The notes under the pieces were generated by a model. That model did no database searches, had not been told where the DNA came from, and saw nothing but the letters and a program-made list of their open reading frames with translations. A stretch of 64,000 nucleotides of DNA, taken from Lama guanicoe. Taxonomy: Eukaryota. The position numbers and the translations under genes are program-made. Shown here one piece after another: positions 1 to 11,368 of this stretch (position 1 is its first letter; each line of letters opens with the position of its first letter). The DNA lies in the NCBI GenBank assembly GCA_013239625.1, contig MU053881.1, positions 4,423,957 through 4,487,956 of the forward strand, read 5' to 3'.

Positions 1-718
1 CATTTTTTTGTACATGGATGAGCAGTTTCCAGCACCGTCTGTTGAGCAGAGTACCTTTGCTCCATTGTCTGCCTTTGTTCCTTTTTCAAAAAATGGCTTC
101 GCTGTATTTATGTGGGGCTGCTTCTGGGCTCTCTGTTCTGTTCCACTGATCAATTTGTCTGTTCCCTTGCCGATACCACACTGTCTTGATTACTTTGCAG
201 CTTTATAGCAAGCCTGGAAGTTGGGTAGTGTCAACCTTCCAACTTTTTTTTCCCCTTCAATACTGTGTTGGTTATTCTGGGTCTTTTGTCTCTTCATATA
301 AACTTCAGAATCATTTTGTTGAGATCCACAAAATAACGTGCTAGGATTTTAATCGGGACTGCATTAAACCTATAGATCCATTTGGGAAGAACTGACATTT
401 TGACAATATTCATTTACTTGTTTTTTTTTATTTTGTGCATCAGTTTTGTCATTTTTCTCATATGATCTTGAACATATTTTGTTAGACTTATACCTAAGTG
501 TTTCATTCTGGCGGGGTGCTCATGTAAATGGTATTATGTTTTTAACTTCAAATTTTACTTGCTCATTTTCCTATATATAGGAAAGCAACTGACTTGTTTT
601 TAATCTATGCTTTTTTTTTCATAGAAGTATAGTCAATTTACAATGCTATGTTAAAGCAATTGGCTTTTATACATTAATCTTATGTCCTGCGATCTGCTGT
701 ACTTGCTTATTAATTCCA
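1..718 (-). mobile_element. Old L1 (L1M-type) ORF2 3' region fragment
   Basis: Antisense L1 ORF2 phrases: 'tctgttctgttccactgatc', 'ataccacactgtcttgattac', 'gcattaaacctatagatccatttgggaagaactgacatttt'. Confidence 0.85.
596..652 (-). mobile_element. Ultra-short 5'-truncated younger L1 3' end nested in the old L1
   Basis: T-run plus 'atagaagtatagtcaatttacaatgctatgtt' (reverse complement of an L1 terminus), flanked by aaagcaactgactt (582-595) and aaagcaattggctt (653-666). Confidence 0.6.
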
Positions 719-874
719 GGATGGATGCTCTTTCTCAGATAGGGGCCACGGATTGTATAGACCTCAGGGTCCACCAAACCTGGATTGGGTCCTGGCTGAG
801 AAGGAAGCCCCTCCTTAATCTGGGAGACCAGTGGTTGATGCTACGTGTCCAGCCCGGAGCACACCTAGCCCTCA

Positions 875-968
875 CCCCAAGGAGGAAACTGAAGCCCAGA
901 GTGATGGAGTGCCTCCCTCAACATCACACAGCTGGGAAGTGGGCAGAGAAAGGCCTTGAACCCAGGTT
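875..968 (-). mobile_element. MIR SINE fragment
   Basis: MIR core 'gaggaaactgaagcccagag...cacacagct...ttgaacccagg'. Confidence 0.7.
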
Positions 969-1197
969 GAGTTTCCTCCTTGCTGGAAGAGCAGTGTTCA
1001 GGGCCCTGCTTTCCCGTGGGACTTGCGGGAAGGAGAGAGTCTGTTCCCTGAGGGTCCCTGCTGGTTCAAGCACTTCAGGAAGGGACCGACCCCTCAGGGA
1101 GAGCCAGGGTCCTAGTCAGGGCCGGAGCAGGAGGGCATTCTAGAATCACAAATGAAAGTTACAGAATTATGTTCAACAACTAAAAATACCATCAAGC

Positions 1198-1395
1198 AGC
1201 CATTTTGTGCCAGGCACGGTTGCTAGGAGACTTCACAAGCATAATTTCATTGAACCCTCACAGCAGGCCTGCGAGGCCAGTTTGATTTTGAGCAGTGTTT
1301 GGCAGATGAGAGAACCAAGGCTCAAAGAGATGGTGTGGGTGCCCGAGGACACCCTGTGGGTAAGCAGACCTGGGATTTGAGGCCAGGTGTTCTGA
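1198..1395 (-). mobile_element. MIR SINE
   Basis: 'tgtgccaggcac...cagatgagagaaccaaggctcaaagag...ctgggatttgaggccagg'. Confidence 0.8.
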
Positions 1396-1465
1396 GAGAA
1401 GGGAAGAGACTGGAGAGTCAGGAGAGAGATGGTACCGGGCTGCTGCAGGGGTAGGCGAGGGCTGC

Positions 1466-1951
1466 TGTGTTAGTTTCCTAGGGCTGCTGTAAAAACGGTC
1501 GCAAACCTAGTGGCCAGAACAATGCAGATGTAATACCTTACACTTCCGGAGGTCAGAAGCCCAAGTGGGTCTCACTGGGCTGCAATCAAGGCAGTGGCTG
1601 AGCTGTGTTCCTTCCGGAAGATTTAGGGGAGAATCCAATCCCTTTCTTTTCCAGTTCGTCAAGGTCACCTGTGTCTCTTCGCTTATGGCCTCTTCCTCCA
1701 TCTCCAAAGCCAGTAGCATAGCATCTTCTAACCTCTCTCTGACGCTCACTTTCTACCTCCTTCTTCCATATTTTAAGGACCCTTGTAATAACTAGGTCCA
1801 CCCCAAATAATTCAGGATCACCTCCCCAGCTCAAGATCCTTAACTTCATCACATCTGTAAAATCCCTTTTGCCACATAAGGCAATGTATTCATAAGTTTA
1901 GGGAACTGGGACATGGACATCTTTAGAGGGGACACTATTCTGGCTACCACA
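1466..1951 (-). mobile_element. MLT1D-type MaLR solo LTR
   Basis: Begins 'tgtgttagtttcctagggctgctgtaa' and ends 'ggacatggacatctttagaggggacactattctggctaccaca' (TG...CA termini); internal 'tcaagatccttaacttcatcacatctgtaaaatcccttttgcca'. Confidence 0.9.
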
Positions 1952-2329
1952 ACTTCCTTGGCCTGCTGTGGGCTCTGCCTCTGTTCTAGAGGTAGGGGTG
2001 AAGTCACTGGGCTGGAGTTGAGGGTAGGGATGGGGCTGGACTGGTGAGTGAAGGGAGGCCATGGAAACAGGTGTCCTTTAGGTTGGGCCACGGGCAGAAT
2101 CAAGGGATGATCTTCGCTGAGAGCCTCTGACCAAGACTTTACGGAAGTATATGTCATCTTTCAAGTCAGGGGTGATTCCTGCCCACTGAACCATGACAGG
2201 GGCCACATGGCAGGGCCCAGCCCCTCTCAGGGGTGTCATCCAGGTCTGTGTCACTGGGTGGGACAGAGAAGATCCCAGACAGGCAGGTGGAGTGGCCTGG
2301 TGGTTCATGTCTGGTCATGTTTGAACAGC

Positions 2330-2822
2330 GTGATCTTTCGACTTAGAAGTTCCATTCATAGGAGTTTTTCCTGCAACAAACTCAATCATTTGTGAAGTTA
2401 CGTGTACAATCTTAACATCTGCAAGATTATTTGTAAACTGGGAACAACCTGAATGACCATCAATAAGGAACCGTCTTGGTGGCTTAAGATTTCATACAAT
2501 GGAATCCTATGCTCTTTACACGCCATCATGAAAAAATTTCTCAAACAAAAAGTAAGGTACTTGATATTGTACACTACAGTGAATGCAAAAACAGGCAAAG
2601 GGAAAATATAAATACATATAGTACTTACAGGTGCACAAAACATCACTGGAGGAACGTACAGGGAACTGAGAGAACTGGCCACCTCCAGGGAGGCAAAGTG
2701 GGTCCCTAAGAGAGAGGGTGGAAGGAAGATTCCATGATTTACTCTTTCACACTTTTAAAATCTTGATCCATACGAGTGGGTTGTGGATCAATAAATTAAA
2801 AATTAAAACGTTATTTTTTAAA
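2330..2822 (+). mobile_element. L1ME-type 3' end
   Basis: 'gaacaacctgaatgaccatcaataagg', 'catacaatggaatcctatgc'; terminal 'aataaattaaaaattaaaa'. Confidence 0.75.
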
Positions 2823-3059
2823 TCCTATGAAATCACATGCTCACAGACTTACCTGACAGTCTGAGTTGGAAACAGCTTCAGCCATTTGACCCAAGCTGAT
2901 GTCCTTTGAGCATAAGCTCCTATCCATGGCCCCCCTTTAGGGGGTGGGATCCTAAGTGCTGGTTCCCCAGTACACTTTGCTAGCTTTCCTCCAGGCCTTT
3001 GCACACAACAGTTCCCCTATCTGAAGTACCCTACATCCCCCTCCCTGTACCCCTCCCAA

Positions 3060-3428
3060 TGACAATACCTGTGTTACTCCCCTTCCTGAGCACATAGCTG
3101 GACTACATTTCCCAGCAGCCATTGCAGCTAGCTGTGGCCAAGAGACGGAGTTCAGACCCATGAGTGAAGTATGTTGACATATCCAGGCTCGGCCTATTAA
3201 AACCTTCCATGCTCAGTCCTGCTCCACTTCCCCAACCACTCTCTGAAGAGAAGAGACTCCAAAGGCCTAGAGGAAGGTCCAGACAGAAGGAACCTGAGAC
3301 CCTGAATGACTGTGTGGAGCAGAGTCCCACCAACCTTTAGCACACTGTGACAGGAGCAGGAAACAGACTTGTATTAGCTTAAGTCACTAAGATTTGGGGT
3401 TATTACAGTAATTGGCCTTGACTAATAT
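3060..3428 (+). mobile_element. MLT1J-like MaLR LTR
   Basis: 'ctacatttcccagcagccattgcagctag', 'gaaggaacctgagaccctgaatgactgtgtggagcagag', end 'ttgactaatat'. Confidence 0.7.
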
Positions 3429-3859
3429 TCTAAATAACTCTGATTCATTCTTCAGGCTTAAATGCTACTGTGTCTTCTGGGCTGACCTCTTGTTTACCTT
3501 ACATGCCTGGAGGTGGGACCGAAAGATGGCTGGATGCAACCGCGGGGTGTGCCTGGGGCTTGGCCCGGATTCAGGCCAGAGACGGGCAGACAGACACCCA
3601 AACTGAAAATAATACACTTGGCTGTAATATCTAAGGGCCTACAGCAAAGTTCCTTGAAAAGTTTGATATTTGTAGCAAGAGGGATTTAGGGCTCCCTTGA
3701 GTCCAGTGACTGTGGCCGAATCACCAGCCCAGGTTCCTTTCCTAAGAGAGAGGCGACATCCCTTCTGGTACGGTTAGGTTATAAAGGCCACATGTGTTCT
3801 GCAAAAATGGTTTTTCTTTGAGGCTTGTCTTACGTTGGTGGCTTATAATGAATCAATCG

Positions 3860-4190
3860 TTAACTAATTTATTTGTTCACCTGACTTATTGAGCCCTTTC
3901 TGCAACAGGCTCTGGGCTGGGTTATAGAAACTAACGCCCAGCCACTACCCTCATGGGACTGACAGCCTCAGTGGAGAACCAGGTACCATTATAACGCAGG
4001 GTGCTGAGGGCTACAATGGGAGGACGAGCTTTCTCCATGGGGCTGCAGAACCTGAAGGAAGGGCCCTGAAATTTAGCCAAGGGGTCTGATCTGCAACCTT
4101 CAGGGAGAGTAGGAGTTACCCTGGAGAGGAGAAGGGAGGAGGGGACAGCATTTGGAAAGATGGAGAAGTGAAGAAGTGGAGAATGTTGGG
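3860..4190 (-). mobile_element. L2 3' end
   Basis: 'ttattgagccctttctgcaacaggctctgggctgg...ccctcatgggactgacag' antisense L2 tail. Confidence 0.6.
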
Positions 4191-4368
4191 TGGACTAAGT
4201 TTACCTGAGGTTAAACCTGCAAATATATCAAGGCACAATCAACCCAATAACATCCTACACTCCTCGACGTCCTGCTGTGTGCCAGGCATTGAGCCAGCCA
4301 CGAGTTAACCTTCACAAGAACTCTAGGAAGTAGGTACTAATGTTCTCTCTATCTTATGGCTGCATTAA

Positions 4369-4758
4369 TGCTATGGACTGAATTGTGTCCCCTCTAAATT
4401 CATGTTGAAGCCCTAACCCCCAGTTTGACTGGACTGGGAGATAGGGCTTTGGGGAGGTAATTAAGTTTAAACGAGATCATAGGCTGGGACTCAAATCCAA
4501 TAGGACTGGTGGCCTCATAAGAAGAGGAAGAGATCATAGCTCTCCACGTGTACACACCAAGGAAAAGTGATAAGAGGACATGGTGAGAAGGCGGCCACCT
4601 GCCATGTGAGCCAGCAAGAGAGCTCTCACCAGAAGCTGAACCCTGCTGGACATTGATCTTGAAATTTCCAGCCTCCAGAACTGCGAGAAAATATATTTGT
4701 ATTGTTTACACCAGCCAGTCTATGGTATTTGTTACAGCAGCCTGAGCTGACTAATACA
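4369..4758 (+). mobile_element. MLT1A-type MaLR solo LTR
   Basis: 'tgctatggactgaattgtgtcccctctaaattcatgttgaagccctaaccccc' ... 'ctatggtatttgttacagcagcctgagctgactaataca'. Confidence 0.9.
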
Positions 4759-4824
4759 ATCAGCATCATTTTGATTTTCATTACCATCGTCATCATTGTT
4801 GGTTTAGTAGACATTTCTTTTTTG

Positions 4825-4925
4825 TTCCTTCCAATTTTATTGAGATACAATTGACACACAGCACTGAATAAGTTAAAGGTGCACAACATAATGATTTGAC
4901 TTACATATATCATGAAATGATCACT
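4825..4925 (-). mobile_element. L1MA-type 3' terminus
   Basis: 'ttttattgagatacaattgacacacagcactgaataagttaaaggtgcacaacataatgatttga'. Confidence 0.75.
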
Positions 4926-4941
4926 TTTACTGAGCTCCAGA

Positions 4942-5108
4942 CCTCAAAGTCCACAAATAACAAATATTGACAAGGATGTGGAGAAAAGGGAACCCTTGTA
5001 TGCTGTTGGTGGGAATGTAACTTGGTGCAACCACTATAGAAAACAGAATGGAGATTCCTCAAAAAACTATGAATCGAGCTACCATAAGATCCAGCAATCC
5101 CATGCTTG
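4942..5108 (+). mobile_element. L1 ORF2 C-terminal fragment
   Basis: 'gacaaggatgtggagaaaagggaaccc...gatccagcaatccca'. Confidence 0.85.
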
Positions 5109-5414
5109 GTACGAGGCCAACAGGCTGTGGATCTCCTCAAGTCCGTTTCACCAGCTAGACCCTATATTGAAACCTCGAAGCCTCTCCGAGGGTCTGATTC
5201 TTGGCTGAAACCCCAGCTTCTGGGACAGGACCAGGCACAGAATAAGCACACCCATGTTCAATGAATGGACAGATGAGATCGGAAGAGTACATGTTTCCTT
5301 CTGTTCCTGAACTCTAAGCCCAGCTTGGGTTTGAGTAAAGCAAAATGTAGTGAAAGAGCAAATTTCTCTCTGTGTTTTTCTTTTATTACTGCCTAATGTT
5401 CCCTTTTGTGTAAT

Positions 5415-5830
5415 CATCCATCCATTCATTTGTTCCATGCACTCATTTACTCAATTGATTACACAATTACAAGCACCCATTCTGGGAATTACCAGGAAGA
5501 GCAAGTAGAGACTCTGTCTTCCAAGAGCTCACAGCCGAGTCAAGGAGTCAGGGCGTGGTGGAGGGCAGAAAAGATGGGAGAGACAGTTACAGATAGTTCC
5601 CATACAATGTGGCAGGATGGTATAAAAAGTATAAGCAAATTACCGTTGGGGTACCAAGGACAAAATAACTAACTGCTTGGGAAGTCAGGGAAGGCTTCAC
5701 GGAGGAGGTTACACTTAAGCTGGGCCTTGGAGGATCAATAGAAGTTTGCTAAGCAAGTCATGTAGGAGATCAGTGATCTGGGTAGAGGGGCTCGCACGTG
5801 CAAAGCACATCAATGTGAAAGGCCTATTTA
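5415..5830 (-). mobile_element. L2 3' region
   Basis: 'catccattcattt', 'gtcagggaaggcttcacggaggaggt...agctgggccttggagga'. Confidence 0.7.
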
Positions 5831-5884
5831 GGGAGGAACAGGAGGGGACCAGGCTAAAGAAAACACTAGTAGCTGTCACTCACT

Positions 5885-6065
5885 GTTCAGAGTGATATTC
5901 GTCCACGTGTTTGCATCAATTTAATTTTCACAACAAGCTGCAGAAGTACCTTATGGTTGGAGAATTTGAGACTCAGAACAGTGAAATCACTTGCCAAAGG
6001 TCACACAAGCTGGTAAGAGGCAGAGCCAGGACTCAGATCAAGTCTGCCTGGCTCTGGGACCCTGG
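5885..6065 (-). mobile_element. MIR SINE
   Basis: 'acttgccaaaggtcacacaagctggtaagaggcagagccaggactc'. Confidence 0.8.
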
Positions 6066-6754
6066 ACTCCTCTGTCTCAGGCTGAGATGTTAGGATGGGG
6101 ACAGTCATGGAACCCTATGGAACCCCAGCGTGTTCCCGAATCTGCAGTGAGGTGGCCTGCAGCCTGGTGGAGTTATTTTCAGTTATTTTCCAGGACCCTT
6201 TCCTTTGCGCTCAATGTCAGGACTGAAGTCTTGGGCCCTTGTGTGACAGGACCCTCCTTGGCATCCTTCTCTCCATCCATCCAAGTCACACAGGCCTTGT
6301 CTCAGTTAACCTTGCATTAAGGAAGGCCATGCTGAGAACCGACACGGCCTCATCTCCAAAGATGTCCCTGTGCACAGGGCTGAGTTCTCATCAACAAGAA
6401 AATGGCCCCGACAGAGGCGGGAAGCTGGGGGTGCTGGCCGGCACGTTCTCCGAAACCAGGCAGCTGTCTAATTACAGGCCGGCTCTGTAATGAGAGGCAG
6501 GCGGTCTGGATAACAAGGAGTGGCCCCGGGGCTGAGGCGGACCAGTGTCCAGGCCTGCAGGAGGCCTTCACGGGGGCCACCAGCTCAGCGTCCAGCTGGC
6601 TGCAGACCACACACATGTCGGCCCTACAGAGGATGAAGGGAAGGTGGGAAAGGGAACCATGCTGAACGCTGGCCCTGGGCCAGATGCTAAGCTGGACGTC
6701 TACCTCCACATTCTCAGGTGATCCCCCAGCCACCTAGAGAAACAGGTGTAACTG

Positions 6755-6865
6755 ACTCCATTTTACAGAGGAGAAAATGAAGGCTCCCAGAAGCGAAACA
6801 AATTGCTCAGACACCTAAGAGTGGTGGACGGAGGATCCAAACTCCAGTCTGGGTGAATCCAAAAG
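6755..6865 (-). mobile_element. MIR SINE fragment
   Basis: 'ccattttacagaggagaaaatgaaggctc'. Confidence 0.7.
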
Positions 6866-7107
6866 CTGGTTTCCTTCCCAGGAGGAAATGAAGGAAAAGG
6901 TGAGTCTACGCTGGATCTGAGAAACTGTGAGGAACTGGGGTCGGGGGAACAACAGAGAAGCAAAAAGCGGACATGAGGTTGGCTGTCAGCCCGTTGGGGA
7001 GCCCCCCAGTGCATGTGGGACAGGAGCCCGGGGCACCTGGACGGTAAAACACCTGGTGACATCAGAAGGCTGAGTGGTTTGGTTATAAACTGGGGAGTCG
7101 TATTTCT

Positions 7108-7335
7108 CTTTTTTATTGAGGTATAGTAGGTTTGCAATGTCGTGTTAACTTCTGGTGTGCAGCATACTGACTCATTTATACACATATATATTCCTTTTCA
7201 TGTTCTTTTTCATTATAGGCCATTACAAGTTATTGAATATAGTTCCCTGTGCCCTACAGTAGGACCTTGTTTATCTATTTATATATAGTAGTTTGTATCT
7301 GCAAATCCCAAACCCCCAATTTATCCTTCCTCACG
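7108..7335 (-). mobile_element. Artiodactyl/camelid-type L1 3' end
   Basis: 'ttttattgaggtatagt...ttctggtgtgcagcat...attgaatatagttccctgtgccctacagtaggaccttg'. Confidence 0.85.
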
Positions 7336-7944
7336 CTTTTCTTTCTTTGATTTCTTCCCTTGCTTCTCTTTGGAGGCATAAACCCCTAGGAAAGCAAACT
7401 TCCCCATAACCCCCTGAACCGGGCTGAGCTCCCCTCTGACCATCCTCAGAAAGCTTCTCCGGCATGTGCCATCCTCCTTGGAAGGTCCAGGTGGCTCTTT
7501 AGGAAGAGACCCATGCTTTCCCCTGGGGCCTTGGGGCCTGTTCAGCAGAAATCTCAGTCGTCAGCGGCTTGGTTACATCTGCGTAGGCCGAGCAGCTATG
7601 ACTAACCTCCCAGAGCAAATGCGGCCCCCGTGGTGCACAAAAGCGGCCCCCACAGCCCCTCTCGGCAGCATCACCTGCTCCTGATTCAGCACAGGGCCTG
7701 CCGGGGGGAGGGGGGCTGCGGGTGCAGCTGCTCTCCTGGGCTCAGATCGCCGCAGGAGCACCAAGCTCTGGCTGGAGTCTGGGTCTCCCAGCCTGGCAGG
7801 ACTCGTCACAGCACTCTCTGGGTGAGTTCTGGGGCTCAGGAGAGAGCTAGAGAGCTTCCCGCTTGTAAAACGCCCATGCACAGCCAGGAAGCATCTCCCT
7901 GTGTCCAAGATGCTCCCCTGCCTATTCCAGTGACCTGGCAGCGT

Positions 7945-8285
7945 GAGCAAAGGTTGGAGCACAAGAGACCGAGTTTCACATCCTGGCTTTGCAACTTCTT
8001 AGCTGAGTGACCGTTGGCATTTGATGTCATCTCTGGGAGCCGCAGCATCCTCAGGTGTAAACTGGGGGTGATAACCGTTACCCATCACATTTGTACACAA
8101 TAGTGCTGTGAAGTCATGTAAGACCTCAGGCTCCGGAAGAAGAGGTCTTGATGCAAATCCTCGCTCAGCTGCCCGCCAGAAGTGCCATCTTGGGTGCCTT
8201 GTTTGCCCTCGCTAAGCCTCAGTTTCCTCATCTGCAAAATGGGGATAATGAGAGCCTCTAATCCACAGGCTTGTGGTAAAGACCA
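7945..8285 (+). mobile_element. Two MIR fragments
   Basis: 'agctgagtgaccgttggca'; 'agcctcagtttcctcatctgcaaaatggggataat'. Confidence 0.7.
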
Positions 8286-9929
8286 AACATGACCCAAAGT
8301 GTTCCCTCCACCATTATCAGCTCTTCTCTGGGCACTTACTCAGGGCTCACCCCGAGGTGCAAACGCCCTAAAGATGCCTGGGCTACTTGCCTTTTCCTTT
8401 TTTGGGGGGAACACCATCCATTCAGACACACAAGAATTTTCTTTCATCATCCAGGAATCAGAAAAGATGCTGTCATGTTAACTGCAAAACAGCTCTCTTT
8501 CCACAAAGGGAAATTTCCATGACAGGAGCTAAGGAAACACACCAACAGGGCAGGGCCCTCTGTCTGCATCATGAAGGCTGGTGTAAGAGCTGAACTCACT
8601 CATGTCTATACGTATAGATGTCACACAGTAGGTCTGCACACCTCAGGGTGGCTGGCGAGGGTGATGCATGTTTCCACTTCCACTCAAGGACTGTGTTTCT
8701 TTCACTGTACCAACAGATTGGCTGTATGTAGGACAGCCCTCCACCGCCCCAAAAAGCAGGTGGTGAGGTTGAAGGTTTGGAAGATGTTGCCATTAAAAGA
8801 GACTGGAAGGGCCTTGTGTGTTTTGATCTCAGAGGCTTAGATCGTATCTTGTCAGCCCTGTGGCCACTTTCGCCTTGTGCGAAGGCAGAAGCAGCTGGCA
8901 TCGCCATGGCAACCAGGCAGCATCAACTTTCCAATTCACCCCTGAATTTTCTATAACAAAGGCAGAGCCAGTGAAAACATGTTTGGGAAGTGAGAGCCAC
9001 GAACAGAAAATCACACCAGGGAGCTGCAGGGAGCTGAAAAGGAGGGGCGGTCATGTTTCCAACATTTTCGGTTAACCAAAAACGCAGCGAAAAGACATGA
9101 GATCAACCCCCATTCAGGCCGAGAGAAAGAAACGTTCCTAAGACTTCCTGAGATCCCAAGCACAGGGACTGCTTTTTCCAGTAAGATCACAGGCACTCAC
9201 TGTTGTCTGCCAAGCTCCGGGTTAGATGCTGGAGTGAGAAGAAGGCGATGAGAGAAGAGAATGGGACCAGGTGATCGGTGGGATGCAAGTACCTGGAACC
9301 CAGATCGGAGAGGACTTCACGAAAGAGAGGTCCTCGGAAGATTTTTGAGATCCAGATTCTCAGAAGATTCATCAGGACACAAGCTGAGGATGGGGGTGGG
9401 CCAGGGATGGGGTAGGCCAGGCTGGGCTGGTGGGGAGCAGAGAAATTCGGGCTGACTCTCAGAGCACAGCTCTGGGGGGCCAGGCACAATTAGCCACAGG
9501 TGGTGGGGAGGGCAGGCGACGGAAGCCAGGTCAGTGAGCTGAACAACTAGTTCTGGGCCTTGGGGATGCCAACGGGAGCCTCCCTGGGTTGGTGGCCGCC
9601 TGGAGCACAATGATGAATTCTTACTATGACCCTGCTTGATTATATTTAGTTGTTGGGCAACTACAGGCAAACAGGCCAGACACCTGAGGAACAGCAACCT
9701 TAAAGACAAGAGGTCCTACGGGAAGCTGAGAGTAGGTGAGCTCCCCCAGGAGAAGAGCCTGCGATGGGCCCTGGGGGGACCACCTTGGGAAACGAAGAGA
9801 CAGGAGCCAGCCAGAGGGAGGAAAGAGGCCTGGCGGCAACTCCACACACATCCCACCAGTAGCGCGGGCTCATTCCTGAGAAGCCTGACCCCTCTGCTCA
9901 GGAGTGGCGAGTGCAGCTCCCTCACACCC

Positions 9930-11090
9930 GCCTTGTGCCCTTGGGTGTGACTTCTCTGAGCCAAGCTTCCTTATCTGTAAATTGTGGGTAGGATCTGCCA
10001 CCCCACGGAATTACCGTAAAGATCAGATGGGGCTATAATTGCTAAACGTGAGGCACATAATAGATGTTTAATAAACTGCTTGGACTGCCTGTTGGCAGCT
10101 GCCTGGTGTTGGAGCACACGCCCCTGCCTGCCCTGAGTGTGGGGAGGAGCACGCTGGTCTTTTCCTCCTCTAAGAGCAGCCATTGCTGGGCTCTCCCTGT
10201 GAGCCAAGAGCTTTTCTAATTGCTTTACACTCACTCCTCAAACAGCCCTGGGGGTCGCACTGGGATTGTTACCTCTATTTCACAGATGAAGAAACTGAGG
10301 CTCAGGGACGTATACAAAGGCACACAGCTCTGAAGTGTTGGAGCTGAGCTGCTGGACTGGGAACCTGTTCAGCTCTGCTCGGCCACCCCATGATGTTTGG
10401 CACCAGACCCTGAGCTCCCTGAGGGCAGGCAGGGCCCTCACTGACAATCTAACCTGAGGGGAGCGACAGATGCTCTATAGAGAATTCAAACAGCGCACCT
10501 GGAGACAGCGGGACTCCACCCTGCCTCTGGGTCCTCAGCGCATCTTCTCATAGCACCGAGGCTCCAGGGTTGAGCAGTCACTCTGGAACAACAAGCAAAG
10601 TGATCTGACAGACAAGAGGCAGAGTTCGCTGAGGCCAGATCGCCAGATGGACCCAGAGCCAGATGCTGGGCTGTGAATGCTGAACCCATCACTTACTAAC
10701 TCTGGGGGCTTTGGGCAAGTTACTTCACCTCTCTTGGCTCAGAGACCTCAAATATAAGGCAGATCACGAAAATATCAACCACACACAGTTGGTTATTTAC
10801 AGGTAAAGCCTGGTACATAGGGAGTGCCCAATCAATGTCACTCATCTTCAGATGAGGTGCTGAGGCCTAGAAATGAAAGACAACAGCTACCACTTATTAG
10901 GCATCGGAGATGTTCCAGGCCCTTTCTCTGCATTATATTCACAGACTCTCACCACCCGCCTGGGAGGCAGGGATCATTATTCCCCGTGACTGACAGATGA
11001 AGAAGTTAAGGGACGGAGAGGGCAAGGAAGGACTCCAGGTCACAGAGCTGAATGGCAAAGGCAAGACTTCCCTTTGTCTCTGACTCGAAA
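9930..11090. mobile_element. Cluster of four MIRs in alternating orientation (+ ~9930-10085, - ~10220-10365, + ~10670-10840, - ~10885-11090)
   Basis: MIR cores 'ctctgagccaagcttccttatctgtaaa', 'cagatgaagaaactgaggctcag', 'tgggcaagttacttcacctctct', 'cagatgaagaagttaag...ggtcacagagct'. Confidence 0.75.
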
Positions 11091-11220
11091 CTCCACACCC
11101 TCTCCTGCCCTCAGTGCATCCTGGAATGTTGAAGGGGAGCACAGACCTGTTCCTCAGATGGGAGAGAACACAAACCAGGGCAGAGGAGTGTGATGACTCT
11201 CATTCAAAATTCTAATTCAA

Positions 11221-11368
11221 ACAGATACATGCACCCCAAGGTTCATAGCAGCACTATTTACAATAGCTAAGACACAGAAGCAACCTAAATGTCCACCAAC
11301 AGATGACTGGATAAAGACAATGTGGTCTATTTATACAATGAAATACTACTCAGCCATTAAAAAGAATG
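11221..11368 (+). mobile_element. Isolated L1 ORF2-end fragment with no 3' UTR or poly(A)
   Basis: 'gatacatgcacccc...gcagcactatttacaatagctaagac...gcaacctaaatgtcca...tactcagccattaaaaagaatg'. Confidence 0.85.

Larger units (their letters stand above)
1200..2880. repeat. Arm A of an ancient long-range inverted duplication (interrupted by MLT1D and L1ME)
   Basis: Reverse complement of 1966-2075 aligns ungapped to 35881-35990 (91/110) and 2209-2263 to 35685-35739 (46/55); homology continues across both insertions. Confidence 0.9.

Noticed and set aside
1849..2157. ORF 1849-2157 (-) resembles ORF 35694-36047 (+) at the peptide level (FPWPPF...NSSP...QRQSP), suggesting paralogous proteins
   Set aside because: The 19 mismatches in the 110-bp block fall 8/7/4 across codon positions with no third-position bias. 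Neighbouring alignment has indels and one ORF runs into an LTR. The similarity follows from the DNA duplication.
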